DNA of 64,000 nt from Bacillota bacterium (GCA_012799185.1 JAAZLS010000021.1:14242-78241), one strand, 5' to 3'; shown: positions 21,924-31,475, numbered from the stretch's first letter. The notes: generated by a model not told the origin, from the sequence alone. Program-made: numbers and translations.

Positions 21924-22568
21924 CTAATCCGTCGGGTTATCGTCACCCTGTTCTTCTTCCCAGTCTTCAGCAGCATCGTCTTCATGCTCTCCGTAATCTT
22001 CAACGGTTACCGGACTTACCTCCTCATACTCCCCGTAATCCTCGTAGTCATCATGCTCCCCGTAATCTCCGTAGCTACCATAGTCCTCATGGGGTTTCTC
22101 CTTTTTCCCGGGTTTTCGATATCCCGGCACACAGAGCACATCACCGGGGAAAATCAGGGCCGGATCAGTTATATGCGGGTTGGCGGCAATCAATGCATCC
22201 AAGCTAACATGAAACTCCCGCGCAATAGAGAACATGCTATCGCCGGGCCGCACCTTGTAACGATCCTGGAAACCATGGGGACAGCGCTTCGGAACCCGAC
22301 CCTTATGGGGAGGCTTGGGAACCGGGGGACCGGGAACACAGAGCACATCACCGGGAAAGATCAGATTGGGGTTGGCAATCTGGGGGTTGGCGGCAATCAA
22401 TGCATCCAGGCTAACCCCATACCGCTTAGCTATAAAATACATGGTATCACCGGGTTGAACCGTGTAACGCCCCTGGAAACCGTGGGGGCAGCCGGCGGGA
22501 ACCCGCCCCCCCTTTACCCCCCTAGGCTCGGCCACATGTTTATGGCTGATAAACTCCTTGGGCTTCAT
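21924..22568 (-). CDS. LysM-repeat protein with acidic DYG/EDY-repeat C-terminus (candidate spore coat/cortex-associated protein)
   Basis: Two LysM domains (YTVQPGDTMYFIAKRYGVSLDALIAANP... and YKVRPGDSMFSIAREFHVSLDALIAANP...) and a Glu/Asp/Tyr-rich tail. Confidence 0.8.
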   Translation of the reverse strand: MKPKEFISHKHVAEPRGVKGGRVPAGCPHGFQGRYTVQPGDTMYFIAKRYGVSLDALIAANPQIANPNLIFPGDVLCVPGPPVPKPPHKGRVPKRCPHGFQDRYKVRPGDSMFSIAREFHVSLDALIAANPHITDPALIFPGDVLCVPGYRKPGKKEKPHEDYGSYGDYGEHDDYEDYGEYEEVSPVTVEDYGEHEDDAAEDWEEEQGDDNPTD

Positions 22569-22746
22569 CTACTTTCCTCCTTTCCAATAAAAATCAAAAC
22601 AGGGGTGGAACATCCCCTGTTCCATCGTTACATTATATGCATGGGCAAAATAATGGTTAACCCCAACCCGGCATGGAGACAGAAACGGGGAACAAGATAC
22701 GGGGAGAAAACACGGGGATGTTTCCCCAGCCTTATAGCCGGGGAAC

Positions 22747-22783
22747 TAGATAAAAATTTGCTGCCAATCATCCTGGCAGCAAA
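22747..22783 (-). terminator. intrinsic terminator of fba
   Basis: 10-bp perfect stem tttgctgcca/tggcagcaaa with a 7-nt loop, then TTTTTAT on the minus strand. Confidence 0.65.
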
Positions 22784-22852
22784 TGAATAGGAGAAACCCA
22801 ATCCCGGTCGAGGCTGGGTAAGAGCGCGAAGAAAACCGGTAGTTTTTGTCGA

Positions 22853-23707
22853 TTAAGCCTGGCCGGAGGAACCAAACACCTGGATTTTTTCCCGGATGAT
22901 TTTCTCTGCCGCCTCCCGGGCCGGCCTTAAAACATTGCGGGGATCAATCTCCCTGGGGTTCCGTTCCAATATCTCCCGGATCGCCTTCACAAAAACCTCT
23001 CGAATATTGGTATCGATATTTATTTTACGTATCCCCAATTGAACGGCCCGTTTTAAATCCCCATCGGGAACCCCCGATGAACCATGAAGCACCAGGGGAC
23101 AGGGAACCAGGCGATTTATCTTTTCCAGGCGGTTAAAATCCAACTCCGGCTCTCCCCTGTATTGGCCATGGGCAGTCCCGATGGCAATAGCCAGGGCATC
23201 TACCCCGGTCTCCTCCACAAATCGAACCGCCTCTTCCGGATCGGTTAATAAGGCCTCCGACTCCTTAACACTGATGTCATCTTCAGTGCCTCCAATTTTA
23301 CCAATTTCCGCCTCTACGGAAACCCCTACCGCCCGGGCAATCCGAACAACCCCGGCCGTTAATTTAATATTTTCCTCTAAGGTTAACCTTGACCCGTCAA
23401 TCATAACTGAAGTAAAACCGTGCCTGATACACTGCACTACCTGCTGCAGGCTGGTCCCATGATCCAGATGCAACACTACCGGCACAGAGACCTCCCGCAC
23501 CGCCTCTTCCACCAGGGAGGTAATATACTCTAACCCCGCATATTTTATTGCCCCCTGGCTGGCCTGGATAATCACCGGGGACTTTTCTTTTTCCGCAGCC
23601 CGGGCAATACTCTGGACTATCTCCATGTTATGGCAGTTGAATGCACCGACCGCATAGCCCCCCCGGGAAGCCCGGTCCAGGACCTCCGTCAAAGAAACCA
23701 ACGACAC
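22853..23707 (-). CDS. fba: class II fructose-1,6-bisphosphate aldolase
   Basis: 284-aa product with the class II FBA Zn-ligand regions HLDHG and HGSSG. Confidence 0.85.
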   Translation of the reverse strand: MSLVSLTEVLDRASRGGYAVGAFNCHNMEIVQSIARAAEKEKSPVIIQASQGAIKYAGLEYITSLVEEAVREVSVPVVLHLDHGTSLQQVVQCIRHGFTSVMIDGSRLTLEENIKLTAGVVRIARAVGVSVEAEIGKIGGTEDDISVKESEALLTDPEEAVRFVEETGVDALAIAIGTAHGQYRGEPELDFNRLEKINRLVPCPLVLHGSSGVPDGDLKRAVQLGIRKINIDTNIREVFVKAIREILERNPREIDPRNVLRPAREAAEKIIREKIQVFGSSGQA

Positions 23708-23934
23708 TGGCTTAACCCCCTTTCTACTGATTGTTTAACTACCGAAACTAAACCCGGCCTTAGGTTTACCGATTTGCCGATTAATAACAGCCCTCCCTTG
23801 CTCTCCTCTACCTGGTAGATAGTTTCCGGAAGCGGAAAGAAAACCCCTTTTATTTTTTATAATATCGTCGGTGGAAGGTTCCCAATAAATTGCCTATTGC
23901 CCATTTACTTAATATAGTTTATAATAGTTTAAAA

Positions 23935-24085
23935 ATAGTGCTTCTTACGGTCAAAGCGGTATCGGCGAAAGCCATACTTGCGGAGTAAGTCATCTAAGTC
24001 CCTTGGGATACGATGTTCTTATGTGAGATAAGACTATCAGGGTGGATAGCCATATTCTACGGCTATCCATCTTGTTTTCTGAGTT
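23935..24085 (+). promoter_or_regulatory. candidate cis-regulatory leader RNA (unclassified riboswitch/attenuator) ending in an intrinsic terminator (24044-24080)
   Basis: A TATAAT-like -10 sits near 23915-23925. It is followed by a ~110-nt GC-structured leader (GNRA hairpin gtatcggcgaaagccatac) and then the hairpin ggatagcc atattctac ggctatcc plus atcttgttttctgagtttt, immediately 5' of a small ORF with a strong RBS. Confidence 0.4.
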
Positions 24086-24125
24086 TTACTCTTATTTAAG
24101 AACCAAAGGGAGGAGGTGACAAACC

Positions 24126-24323
24126 GTGAAGAAGATTATTTTACCCATCATTGGCGCTATCGCGTTACCTATTATTTTTTCACAGGTAAACCCAGATATT
24201 GAACCGCTAATGCTTATTTTAGCAGCCGGTGTTGGCATAGGGATCGGCTCCGGTCTCAATGCGCTCATATTTAGAAAAAATAGCTCAGAAACAGATTCTG
24301 AAAAAGATATACAAGGCAATTAG
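24126..24323 (+). CDS. small (65 aa) two-TM membrane protein, hypothetical
   Basis: Strong RBS (aaagggaggaggtgacaaaccGTG), two hydrophobic helices, and its own intrinsic terminator downstream. Confidence 0.5.
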   Translation: MKKIILPIIGAIALPIIFSQVNPDIEPLMLILAAGVGIGIGSGLNALIFRKNSSETDSEKDIQGN

Positions 24324-24367
24324 CCTGTTCTCCCCCGCGGGATTTCACCAGCCGAACAAGCAAAAAA

Positions 24368-24409
24368 GGGGCCGTACCCCTTGTGCTAGGGGTTTACGGC
24401 CCCTTTTTT
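24368..24409 (+). terminator. intrinsic terminator
   Basis: ggggccgtacccc...ggggtttacggcccc followed by TTTTTT. Confidence 0.7.
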
Positions 24410-24504
24410 ATTTTACTTAAAAGGAATTTAGGGGGAAACCGGCAATGATTACTTTAAAATTCCGGCAAACATGTTATAATAGGGTTAAATTGAATAGTTT
24501 GTGG

Positions 24505-24675
24505 TTGGGGGTGCTCTTGGCGGGGCTGAGAAAAGGCATGGTGATGTCTTTAACCCTTTGAACCTGTAGTTACCCTACTATTTTTACCGTAGGGTCCTGG
24601 ATAATGCCAGCGTAGGGAAATACGGAATCGATTGTACCGGTAGAACTGCGGCCAACGTTGGCGGCAGTTTTTTCT
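24505..24675 (+). promoter_or_regulatory. TPP (thiamine pyrophosphate) riboswitch with terminator-type expression platform
   Basis: THI-box consensus ggggtgc...ggggCTGAGA...ACCCTTTGAACCTG...GGATAATGCCAGCGTAGGGAA, then the hairpin ctgcggccaacgttggcggcag plus tttttt, upstream of a thiamine-related operon. Confidence 0.85.
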
Positions 24676-24702
24676 TTCCTACCGGATCAAGGAGGTGTTT
24701 AA

Positions 24703-24984
24703 ATGCCCAAATGTAACCTTAGCTTACAGATAGTCCCAATGGTGCCAGTAGAGGATCTGTACCCCCTCGTTAATCGTGTAATCGATTTAATAAAAGGGTC
24801 GGGAGTAAAATATACAGTGGGACCGATGGAGACTACTATGGAAGGAAAATTGGAAGATTTACTACAGATTGTCGCCGATGCCCAACAGGTTTGCACAGAG
24901 GCAGGGGCGGAACGCATCTTAAGCATGGTGAAGATTGATTATAGTAACAAGGGAGTTACCATTGAAGAAAAAATCGTTAAATAA
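24703..24984 (+). CDS. MTH1187/YkoF-family (DUF77) thiamine/HMP-binding protein
   Basis: 93-aa product. It is the first gene behind the TPP riboswitch and has ferredoxin-like fold sequence features (VPMVPVEDLYP...GPMETTMEG). Confidence 0.65.
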   Translation: MPKCNLSLQIVPMVPVEDLYPLVNRVIDLIKGSGVKYTVGPMETTMEGKLEDLLQIVADAQQVCTEAGAERILSMVKIDYSNKGVTIEEKIVK

Positions 24985-25726
24985 CATTCTACCCCTGGGA
25001 ATAATCCTTGCCCTCCTAGCCCTGTGGGAAACAGTCTGCCGGGTATTTGCCATTCCCGATTTCTTTTTACCCACCCCCTCCAGTATCGCCAGGGCGCTGG
25101 CAGGTAATCTCCCGCTGCTACTTAAACATACCACCGCTACATTTTATGCCGTAGTAGCCGGCCTGGCCCTGGCCATGGTAGTAGCGGTAGCCCTGGCCCT
25201 GACCATGGATCGTTGGCCCCTGGCCAAAAGAGCACTTTACCCTCCCCTGGTCATATCCCAGGCGGTACCAATTTTTGCCCTGGCACCAATAATATTAATC
25301 TGGCTGGGGGTTGATCTTAAGCCTAAAATAGCCGTGGTCGCCCTGGTCTGTTTTTTTCCGCTGGCCATAAATTTAGTAGAAGGATTGGAACAGGTAAACC
25401 CGGAAGCATTGGATTTGATGCAGGTGATGCAGGCCGGGCCCGGATTTATCTTTCAATCGGTCCTGTTGCCGGCGGTGATGCCCTATTTCTTCTCCGGTTT
25501 AAAAATCTCCGCCACCTACAGCGTAATGGGAGCGATAATCGGAGAATGGCTCGGGGGTAGTACTGGGCTGGGGGTCTATATGACTAGGTCCATGTATTCG
25601 TTTAAAACTGACCATATGTTTGCCGCCATCTTAATCGTAGTAGTTCTTAGCCTGGCCTTGTTTAAATTAGCCGGCTTTTTAGCCTGGCTATTTATGCCCT
25701 GGGAAAGAGTACAATCAAAGGAGTGA
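24935..25726 (+). CDS. ABC transporter permease (TauC/ThiX-type), thiamine-precursor (HMP) uptake
   Basis: 263-aa product with 6 TM segments and a binding-protein-dependent EAA-like loop. Lies in a riboswitch-controlled operon with an NMT1/THI5-like binding protein. Confidence 0.8.
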   Translation: MIIVTRELPLKKKSLNNILPLGIILALLALWETVCRVFAIPDFFLPTPSSIARALAGNLPLLLKHTTATFYAVVAGLALAMVVAVALALTMDRWPLAKRALYPPLVISQAVPIFALAPIILIWLGVDLKPKIAVVALVCFFPLAINLVEGLEQVNPEALDLMQVMQAGPGFIFQSVLLPAVMPYFFSGLKISATYSVMGAIIGEWLGGSTGLGVYMTRSMYSFKTDHMFAAILIVVVLSLALFKLAGFLAWLFMPWERVQSKE

Positions 25727-26713
25727 TTGAAGATGTTACGTAAAAAATCATGGTTCCTACTTCTATCTATTATTCTTTCGTTAGCCCTGTTTGCCGGCTG
25801 TCAGCAGGGAGACGAGGCGCCTCTGGAGAAAGTGACCATTCTATTGGACTGGACGCCCAACACTAATTATAGCGGACTTTATGCCGCCAAGGATAAGGGA
25901 TATTACAGGGAAGAGGGGCTGGAGGTGGAAATTGTGCAGGCATCGGGCACTGTCCCGCAGTTACTGGCAGCCGAAAAGGGCGAATTCGGGGTAAGTTACC
26001 AGGAGGAGGTTACCTTTGCCCGCCTGGAAAATATCCCCATAGTTTCAATAGCTGCCGTAGTGCAACATAACACCTCCGGGTTTGCCTCCTTTAAAGAAAC
26101 CGGTATCTCCAGCCCGGCCGATTTCGAAGGTAAAAGGTATGGCGGCTGGGGCGCACCAAGTGAGGAGGCGACCATAAAAGCATTATCGGAACGCTTTGGG
26201 GCAGATTTTGACCAGGTAGAGATGGTTAATGCGGGCGAGGCAGACTTTTTTACTATTATTGAACGCTTGGCCGATTTTGCCTGGATTTATTACGGTTGGG
26301 ACGGGGTAGAAGCCGAACTAAAAGGCCTAGAGTTAAACTTTATTCAACTGACAGAGCTGGACCCGGCCCTTGATTATTACACTCCGGTCCTAATCACCAG
26401 TGAGTCATTGATAAGTAAGCAGCCGGAACTGGTTAAAAAATTCATGCGGGCTACCAGCCGGGGATATGAGTTGGCAATAAACAACCCGGAAGAGGCGGCG
26501 GAAATTTTGCTGGAAAACGCCCCGGAACTGGACCGGGACCTGGTTATCGCCAGCCAAAAATGGCTTGCTGATAAATTCCAGGCCGAGGCTGAAACATGGG
26601 GCCAGCAGGATCGAACGACCTGGGAAAACTATACCCGGTGGCTCTATGATAACCATCTGATCGATGAGCTGATCCAGCTGGAGCAGGCCTATACTAATGA
26701 ATTTTTACCTTAA
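25727..26713 (+). CDS. ABC transporter substrate-binding lipoprotein, NMT1/THI5-like (ThiY-type)
   Basis: Lipoprotein signal (LFAGC), about 330 aa, with NMT1/THI5-like periplasmic binding fold features. Confidence 0.8.
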   Translation: MKMLRKKSWFLLLSIILSLALFAGCQQGDEAPLEKVTILLDWTPNTNYSGLYAAKDKGYYREEGLEVEIVQASGTVPQLLAAEKGEFGVSYQEEVTFARLENIPIVSIAAVVQHNTSGFASFKETGISSPADFEGKRYGGWGAPSEEATIKALSERFGADFDQVEMVNAGEADFFTIIERLADFAWIYYGWDGVEAELKGLELNFIQLTELDPALDYYTPVLITSESLISKQPELVKKFMRATSRGYELAINNPEEAAEILLENAPELDRDLVIASQKWLADKFQAEAETWGQQDRTTWENYTRWLYDNHLIDELIQLEQAYTNEFLP

Positions 26714-26742
26714 AAAGGGGGCCAGCCTTTACAAGGAGGCGG

Positions 26743-27510
26743 ATGATCCCTATGGAACCTAAACGGCTGGTCTTGAGCAAAATCAGTTCAAGCTACTACT
26801 CGGAAGACCGGAAATTAGCTGTATTAAACCGGGTTTCACTGGACGTTAAAGCCGGGGAGTTCGTATCCCTGTTGGGGCCCAGCGGCTCGGGCAAAAGCAC
26901 AATCCTCAAAATAGCCGCCGGGCTTCTTAAACCGGATCGGGGCCGGGTATTTGCAAATGGGCGGGAGGTAACCGGAGCGGTCAAGGTGGGCTACATGCCC
27001 CAGCAGGATCTCCTCCTACCCTGGAAAACTTTGCTAGAAAATTGCGCCCTGCCCTTGTTAGCGGAGGGGAAACCCCGGGCAGAGTCCCACCGGCGGGTCG
27101 AAAAGCTACTACCAGTATTTGGCCTGGCCGGTTTCGAAGGGTACTACCCGGGGCAACTTTCAGGAGGCATGAAACAGAGGGCGGCCCTATTAAGAACGGT
27201 ATTGATCGATAGTAACCTGATGCTCTTGGACGAACCGTTCGCAGCACTTGATACCATTACCCGGGAAAACCTGCAGGAGTGGATGATGTCTATCCTGCAT
27301 AGGTTTAACCGCTCCGTCCTATTTGTAACCCATAGTATCGACGAGGCGATCTACCTTTCCGACCGGATCTACATGATCTCGGATCGTCCCGGCCGGATTG
27401 TTACGGAGTTAATGGTTGGGTTGCCCCGGCCCCGCTCCCGAACAGTGGTCACCTCTAGCCGGTTTTTAAATTACAAGCAAGAATTAATGGGGGCTCTGGC
27501 CGGGGCCTAG
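26743..27510 (+). CDS. ABC transporter ATP-binding protein (ThiZ/TauB-type)
   Basis: Walker A GPSGSGKST, signature LSGGMKQR, Walker B LLLDEP. Confidence 0.85.
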   Translation: MIPMEPKRLVLSKISSSYYSEDRKLAVLNRVSLDVKAGEFVSLLGPSGSGKSTILKIAAGLLKPDRGRVFANGREVTGAVKVGYMPQQDLLLPWKTLLENCALPLLAEGKPRAESHRRVEKLLPVFGLAGFEGYYPGQLSGGMKQRAALLRTVLIDSNLMLLDEPFAALDTITRENLQEWMMSILHRFNRSVLFVTHSIDEAIYLSDRIYMISDRPGRIVTELMVGLPRPRSRTVVTSSRFLNYKQELMGALAGA

Positions 27511-27543
27511 CCCCGGTGCATGCCCCCATTTCCCAGGGTAAAA

Positions 27544-28752
27544 TTATACAGCCCCCGGCTTTTTTAAAGCTCCGGAATAGACCAGGGCGATCTTGGCACA
27601 AGCCGGCCCAATCAATTCGTAGAGGACGGAAGAAGAGAGGATTATTGCCAGCAACATGTTCCCCACGTGAATCGGTAAAATTCTTTTACCTAAGAAAGCC
27701 AGGCCTATAGCAACCCCGGCCTGGGGAATCAAACCCAGCCCCAAATAGTTTCGGATATTCTTTGGCGCCCCGACCGCCACACCTCCTAAATAGGCACCCA
27801 GATATTTCCCGATGATCCGAATTATAAAGTAAGATGCTCCGATTATACCCAGAGTCCGAAAAGCACCCAGATCAAGGCTCATTCCCGAAACAACAAAAAA
27901 AATGGAAAGGATCGGCGGGGTAAATTTTTCGACCTGCTTGTAAAGCGCCTTATCTTTCGTCATATTGATATAGGCGGTCCCAAAAATCATGCAGGCTAAT
28001 AAGGGCGATATATCTACAGCGGCACATAAACCGGCGATACCGAGAAGTAGGGCAATGGTTAATATAAGACGGTTATCTTCACTGCGCCGGGGGGTCATCA
28101 GTTTGCTTAGCAGGGCACCGCTAATAAAACCGATCCCCAATGCACCAATATTATAAACCAGGGGCAATATAATTTCAGAAGAGGTTAGATTTACCCCGCC
28201 CCGGGCATTAATAACAGCGGTAGACAGGCTAAATACGATAAGACATACCGCATCATCAAAAGCCACAACCTGGAGTAATATATTAACAAATTCACCCCGG
28301 GCCCGGTACTGACGGATAGTAACCATTGTACTGGCCGGTGCCGTAGCGGTGGCAATTGCCCCCAACAGCAGGCTGAAATCCCAATCCAGGTGAAATATAT
28401 AGTGCATGGACAGGGTAACCAATATCCCGGCCAGTAACGATTCCAACAAAACAATCACAAAAATACCAAGCCCGGTCTCTTGGAAAGCCTCCCTTTTAAA
28501 ATAGCGCCCCACACCAAAGGCAATGAATGCCAGCGCAATATCGCTGACAAAACCCATGCCCTCAACCATTTCTAAGGGAATTATATTTAAAACATGGGGG
28601 CCAATTAAGACACCGGCAATAATATAGCCGGTTACATTAGGCAGCCGGGCCAGTTGAGTTAACCGCGTCAGAAGAAACCCGGCCAGCAGGATCGCTGATA
28701 GGGATAAGAGAATTGCCGTCGTGCTGTTTAACTGGCCCAGAAAGTTATTCAT
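27544..28752 (-). CDS. cation:proton antiporter (Na+/H+ exchanger family)
   Basis: 402-aa polytopic membrane protein with CPA-family-like repeats. Confidence 0.7.
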   Translation of the reverse strand: MNNFLGQLNSTTAILLSLSAILLAGFLLTRLTQLARLPNVTGYIIAGVLIGPHVLNIIPLEMVEGMGFVSDIALAFIAFGVGRYFKREAFQETGLGIFVIVLLESLLAGILVTLSMHYIFHLDWDFSLLLGAIATATAPASTMVTIRQYRARGEFVNILLQVVAFDDAVCLIVFSLSTAVINARGGVNLTSSEIILPLVYNIGALGIGFISGALLSKLMTPRRSEDNRLILTIALLLGIAGLCAAVDISPLLACMIFGTAYINMTKDKALYKQVEKFTPPILSIFFVVSGMSLDLGAFRTLGIIGASYFIIRIIGKYLGAYLGGVAVGAPKNIRNYLGLGLIPQAGVAIGLAFLGKRILPIHVGNMLLAIILSSSVLYELIGPACAKIALVYSGALKKPGAV

Positions 28753-29453
28753 TAGTTTATACTCTGATCGATCTTAATCACCAGCAATAATCCCGATTCG
28801 ATGGAGAGCCGGGCCAGGCTATCGGAAAATTGGTTGCTAAGCCCACGGGTAGAGGCAAAATATAGTGTCTCCCTATGTAAGGAATACTTAAGACCTTCAG
28901 TTACAACACCGGTAACCCTAGGCGTCAGGGAAAAGAGGGAGAGATAATCACCGGCCCGGCCCTCGACTTCCAGCACCCGATCCATTAACTGGATCTCTTG
29001 CCGTCCATCAATAATCCGGGCCCGGATACCCTTTTTAAGGGGAATTAACAGTAAAAGGTAATTAATAAAACCATGATCTGCCCGCTCCCCCCCCAGGGCA
29101 CCAAATATAACTATCTCCTTAAACCCTAGGGTTACTGCATGGTTTAATGCTAGTTCCAGGTCCGACTCCTCCTGATTAATCTCCGGGTATTGAAGAAACT
29201 CAGGGGATAACCTTTCCAGTTCCCGGTACAGATCGGCATCTAATGAATCCCCGTCTCCCACCACCAGGTGGGGGCGGAGACCCATGGCCAAGGCATGATG
29301 TAGCCCTCCGTCGACACAAATAAGATAGTCCCCCTTACGGATTTGCCGCCGGCAAAATTCCCTATCCCCGATCACCCCGTTGGCAATTATTACTATTTTT
29401 TGCAATTGTTCTTCCGGTGCCCCTCTCGTGACAGTTATATGTATTATAATCAT
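28752..29453 (-). CDS. thiN: thiamine pyrophosphokinase
   Basis: 233-aa product with a TPK catalytic N-domain (GDxDS-like VVGDGDSL) and a thiamine-binding C-domain. Adjacent to the thiamine-precursor transporter. Confidence 0.7.
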   Translation of the reverse strand: MIIIHITVTRGAPEEQLQKIVIIANGVIGDREFCRRQIRKGDYLICVDGGLHHALAMGLRPHLVVGDGDSLDADLYRELERLSPEFLQYPEINQEESDLELALNHAVTLGFKEIVIFGALGGERADHGFINYLLLLIPLKKGIRARIIDGRQEIQLMDRVLEVEGRAGDYLSLFSLTPRVTGVVTEGLKYSLHRETLYFASTRGLSNQFSDSLARLSIESGLLLVIKIDQSIN

Positions 29454-29483
29454 ATTTAAGAATTATTTACAGGGGGTTATAGG

Positions 29484-30068
29484 ATGAAATATCATAAATT
29501 TCGGCAACAGCTGGCCCGGGTATCAAGGGAACTCTACCGGGAAAAGTTAATTACTGCTACCGGGGGAAACCTGAGTTTGCGGCTGCCCGGGGGGGAAGGG
29601 TTCTTAATTACCCCCAGCGGTACATTTAAAGGGGAGCTACAATCCCACTCTATGGTAACCCTGGATAACCGGGGCTATCCGGCTGTAGAGGCCTCCGGGC
29701 CGCCGCCCTCCATCGAGACCTCCTTACACCTGCAAATTTATCAGTTGAGGAAGGAGATAGGGGCGGTAATTCATACCCACGCCCCCGCGGCGATCATAGC
29801 TGGCCTTTACGAAATGAATATCCCCCCGTTAACCAGGGAAATGCTCCAATTTAAAGAGCTACCCTTAATCCCATACTATCCCCCCGGTTCACCAGAATTG
29901 GCTACCGCTACCGCCGCTACCCTGGAAAAACACCCTACGGTCCGGGCGCTGCTGTTGCAAAACCACGGCCTGGTTACAATTGGTAGCAACCTACGGGAGG
30001 CGGCTAATATTGCCCTGAGCCTGGAGGAGGCCTGCCGGATATCGATCCTTTGCCGCCTGCTAAAATAA
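29484..30068 (+). CDS. class II aldolase/adducin-family protein (fuculose-phosphate-aldolase-like)
   Basis: 194-aa product with the AldolaseII N-terminal domain pattern (ITATGGNLS...HTHAP). Confidence 0.7.
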   Translation: MKYHKFRQQLARVSRELYREKLITATGGNLSLRLPGGEGFLITPSGTFKGELQSHSMVTLDNRGYPAVEASGPPPSIETSLHLQIYQLRKEIGAVIHTHAPAAIIAGLYEMNIPPLTREMLQFKELPLIPYYPPGSPELATATAATLEKHPTVRALLLQNHGLVTIGSNLREAANIALSLEEACRISILCRLLK

Positions 30069-30713
30069 TTTTATAATATCAAGGGGTGAATTTAGAATCG
30101 CCTCTGCGCCGTTATCAAGAAGTTCCCTAACCGGCCGGAAACCCCACGCCACCCCCACCGGGTAGGCACCGATTGCACCGGCGGTAAGCATATCGATGCT
30201 GGAATCACCCACGAACATCAACCGCCGAGGGGGCGCCCCCAACCGCCGGGCAATCTCTAGCGGTACCGCCGGATCGGGCTTCTTGGGAACGCCGGGCATG
30301 GCCCCCCGGACTACCTTAAATTGCCAATCGGGAAGCAACTCCCGGACCATGACCCGGGTAAATAAATCGGGCTTATTTGAAATAATAGCCTTGGGGACTT
30401 GCCGCTGCTCCAACCAGGTAAGCATCTCCGGGATGTCATCGTAGGGCCGGGTATGCTCAACCCAACGCCGGCCGTACACTTTTTCCATCATTATAATTAT
30501 CTCTTTAACCTGTTCATCGGTAGCGGCATAACCCTCTGGAAGAGCACGCCGGATCAAGGTTTCTATCCCTTCGCCTACAAAAAAGCGGTAGGCCTCCACC
30601 GGGTGTACCGGGTATCCCAGCCGGGAGAGAACTTCGTTTACTGAATGGGCCAGATCAGAAAGAGTATCAAGCAAGGTACCATCAAGATCAAACAAAATGG
30701 CTTGGCAAGTCAT
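30060..30713 (-). CDS. HAD-IA family hydrolase (phosphoglycolate-phosphatase-like)
   Basis: Motif I LFDLDGTLLDT and the C-terminal GDSxxD-like motif (VGDSSIDM). Confidence 0.75.
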   Translation of the reverse strand: MTCQAILFDLDGTLLDTLSDLAHSVNEVLSRLGYPVHPVEAYRFFVGEGIETLIRRALPEGYAATDEQVKEIIIMMEKVYGRRWVEHTRPYDDIPEMLTWLEQRQVPKAIISNKPDLFTRVMVRELLPDWQFKVVRGAMPGVPKKPDPAVPLEIARRLGAPPRRLMFVGDSSIDMLTAGAIGAYPVGVAWGFRPVRELLDNGAEAILNSPLDIIKLF

Positions 30714-30770
30714 AGATAACGCCGCCCTATCTGTTAAGAAAATAAAAGAATAATCGGTCGGGAGATAAAT

Positions 30771-31475
30771 CTAACCGCATATCGTGGCGCAAAGTTGCTT
30801 TTGATCCAGGGCTTTTCCATCTTTATATACCCGCATATTATCCCCTGAAATTTCATCGATCACCACTACCTGCCGGCCCAAGCGCCCAAATTCCAATTTG
30901 ATATCAATCAGTTCCAACCCAGCCCGGCGGCATTCCTGTTCCACCAGCCGGGTAACCTGACCGGTAAGCTCCACGGCCCGAGCAAGTTCACCAGGGGTAA
31001 TCAGCCGTAGCCGGAGCAAAGCCTCTTCGTTAATCAAGGGATCGCCCCGCTGATCATCCTTTAAGGTAACCTCTACCAGGTAGTCAAGGGGTTCCCCCTC
31101 CCGTACATACTGGCCGTACCTACGAAGAAAACTTCCAGCCGCCTTTAGGCGGCAGATAAACTCCAACCCTCGGCCAAAGGTTTCCGCCCTCTTTACCAAC
31201 ATGGTATTGGCAGACAGATCAGACTTCAAGTAATGGGTGGGAATGGCCCTCCTTTCTAGGAGCTGGAAAAAATAGCGGGACAACCTTAGTGAGGCGCCCC
31301 CCTTCCCGGCCAGCGAACCGATCACTACATTGCCGCCCGGATCGGCCACTCCCTCAGACCCGGTAACCTGATCTTTAAATTTAAGCAGGATCTCCCCGGG
31401 ACCAGCCTCGAAAACAGCCTTTGTTTTACCATCACAGAGCAGTTTCATAACTACCTCCATCAGCATTGGCAACAT
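30771..31475 (-). CDS. purC: phosphoribosylaminoimidazole-succinocarboxamide (SAICAR) synthase. The true start is probably the internal MKLLCDGKTK (~31447), which is preceded by GGAGGT.
   Basis: GKTKAVFEA...KDQVTGSEG...LIDIKLEFG pattern typical of PurC. Confidence 0.75.
   Translation of the reverse strand: MLPMLMEVVMKLLCDGKTKAVFEAGPGEILLKFKDQVTGSEGVADPGGNVVIGSLAGKGGASLRLSRYFFQLLERRAIPTHYLKSDLSANTMLVKRAETFGRGLEFICRLKAAGSFLRRYGQYVREGEPLDYLVEVTLKDDQRGDPLINEEALLRLRLITPGELARAVELTGQVTRLVEQECRRAGLELIDIKLEFGRLGRQVVVIDEISGDNMRVYKDGKALDQKQLCATICG

Noticed and set aside
21984-22790. 268-aa plus-strand ORF
   Set aside because: It lies antisense to the well-supported LysM-repeat gene and runs across that gene's promoter region. 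It has no recognisable domains and no RBS.
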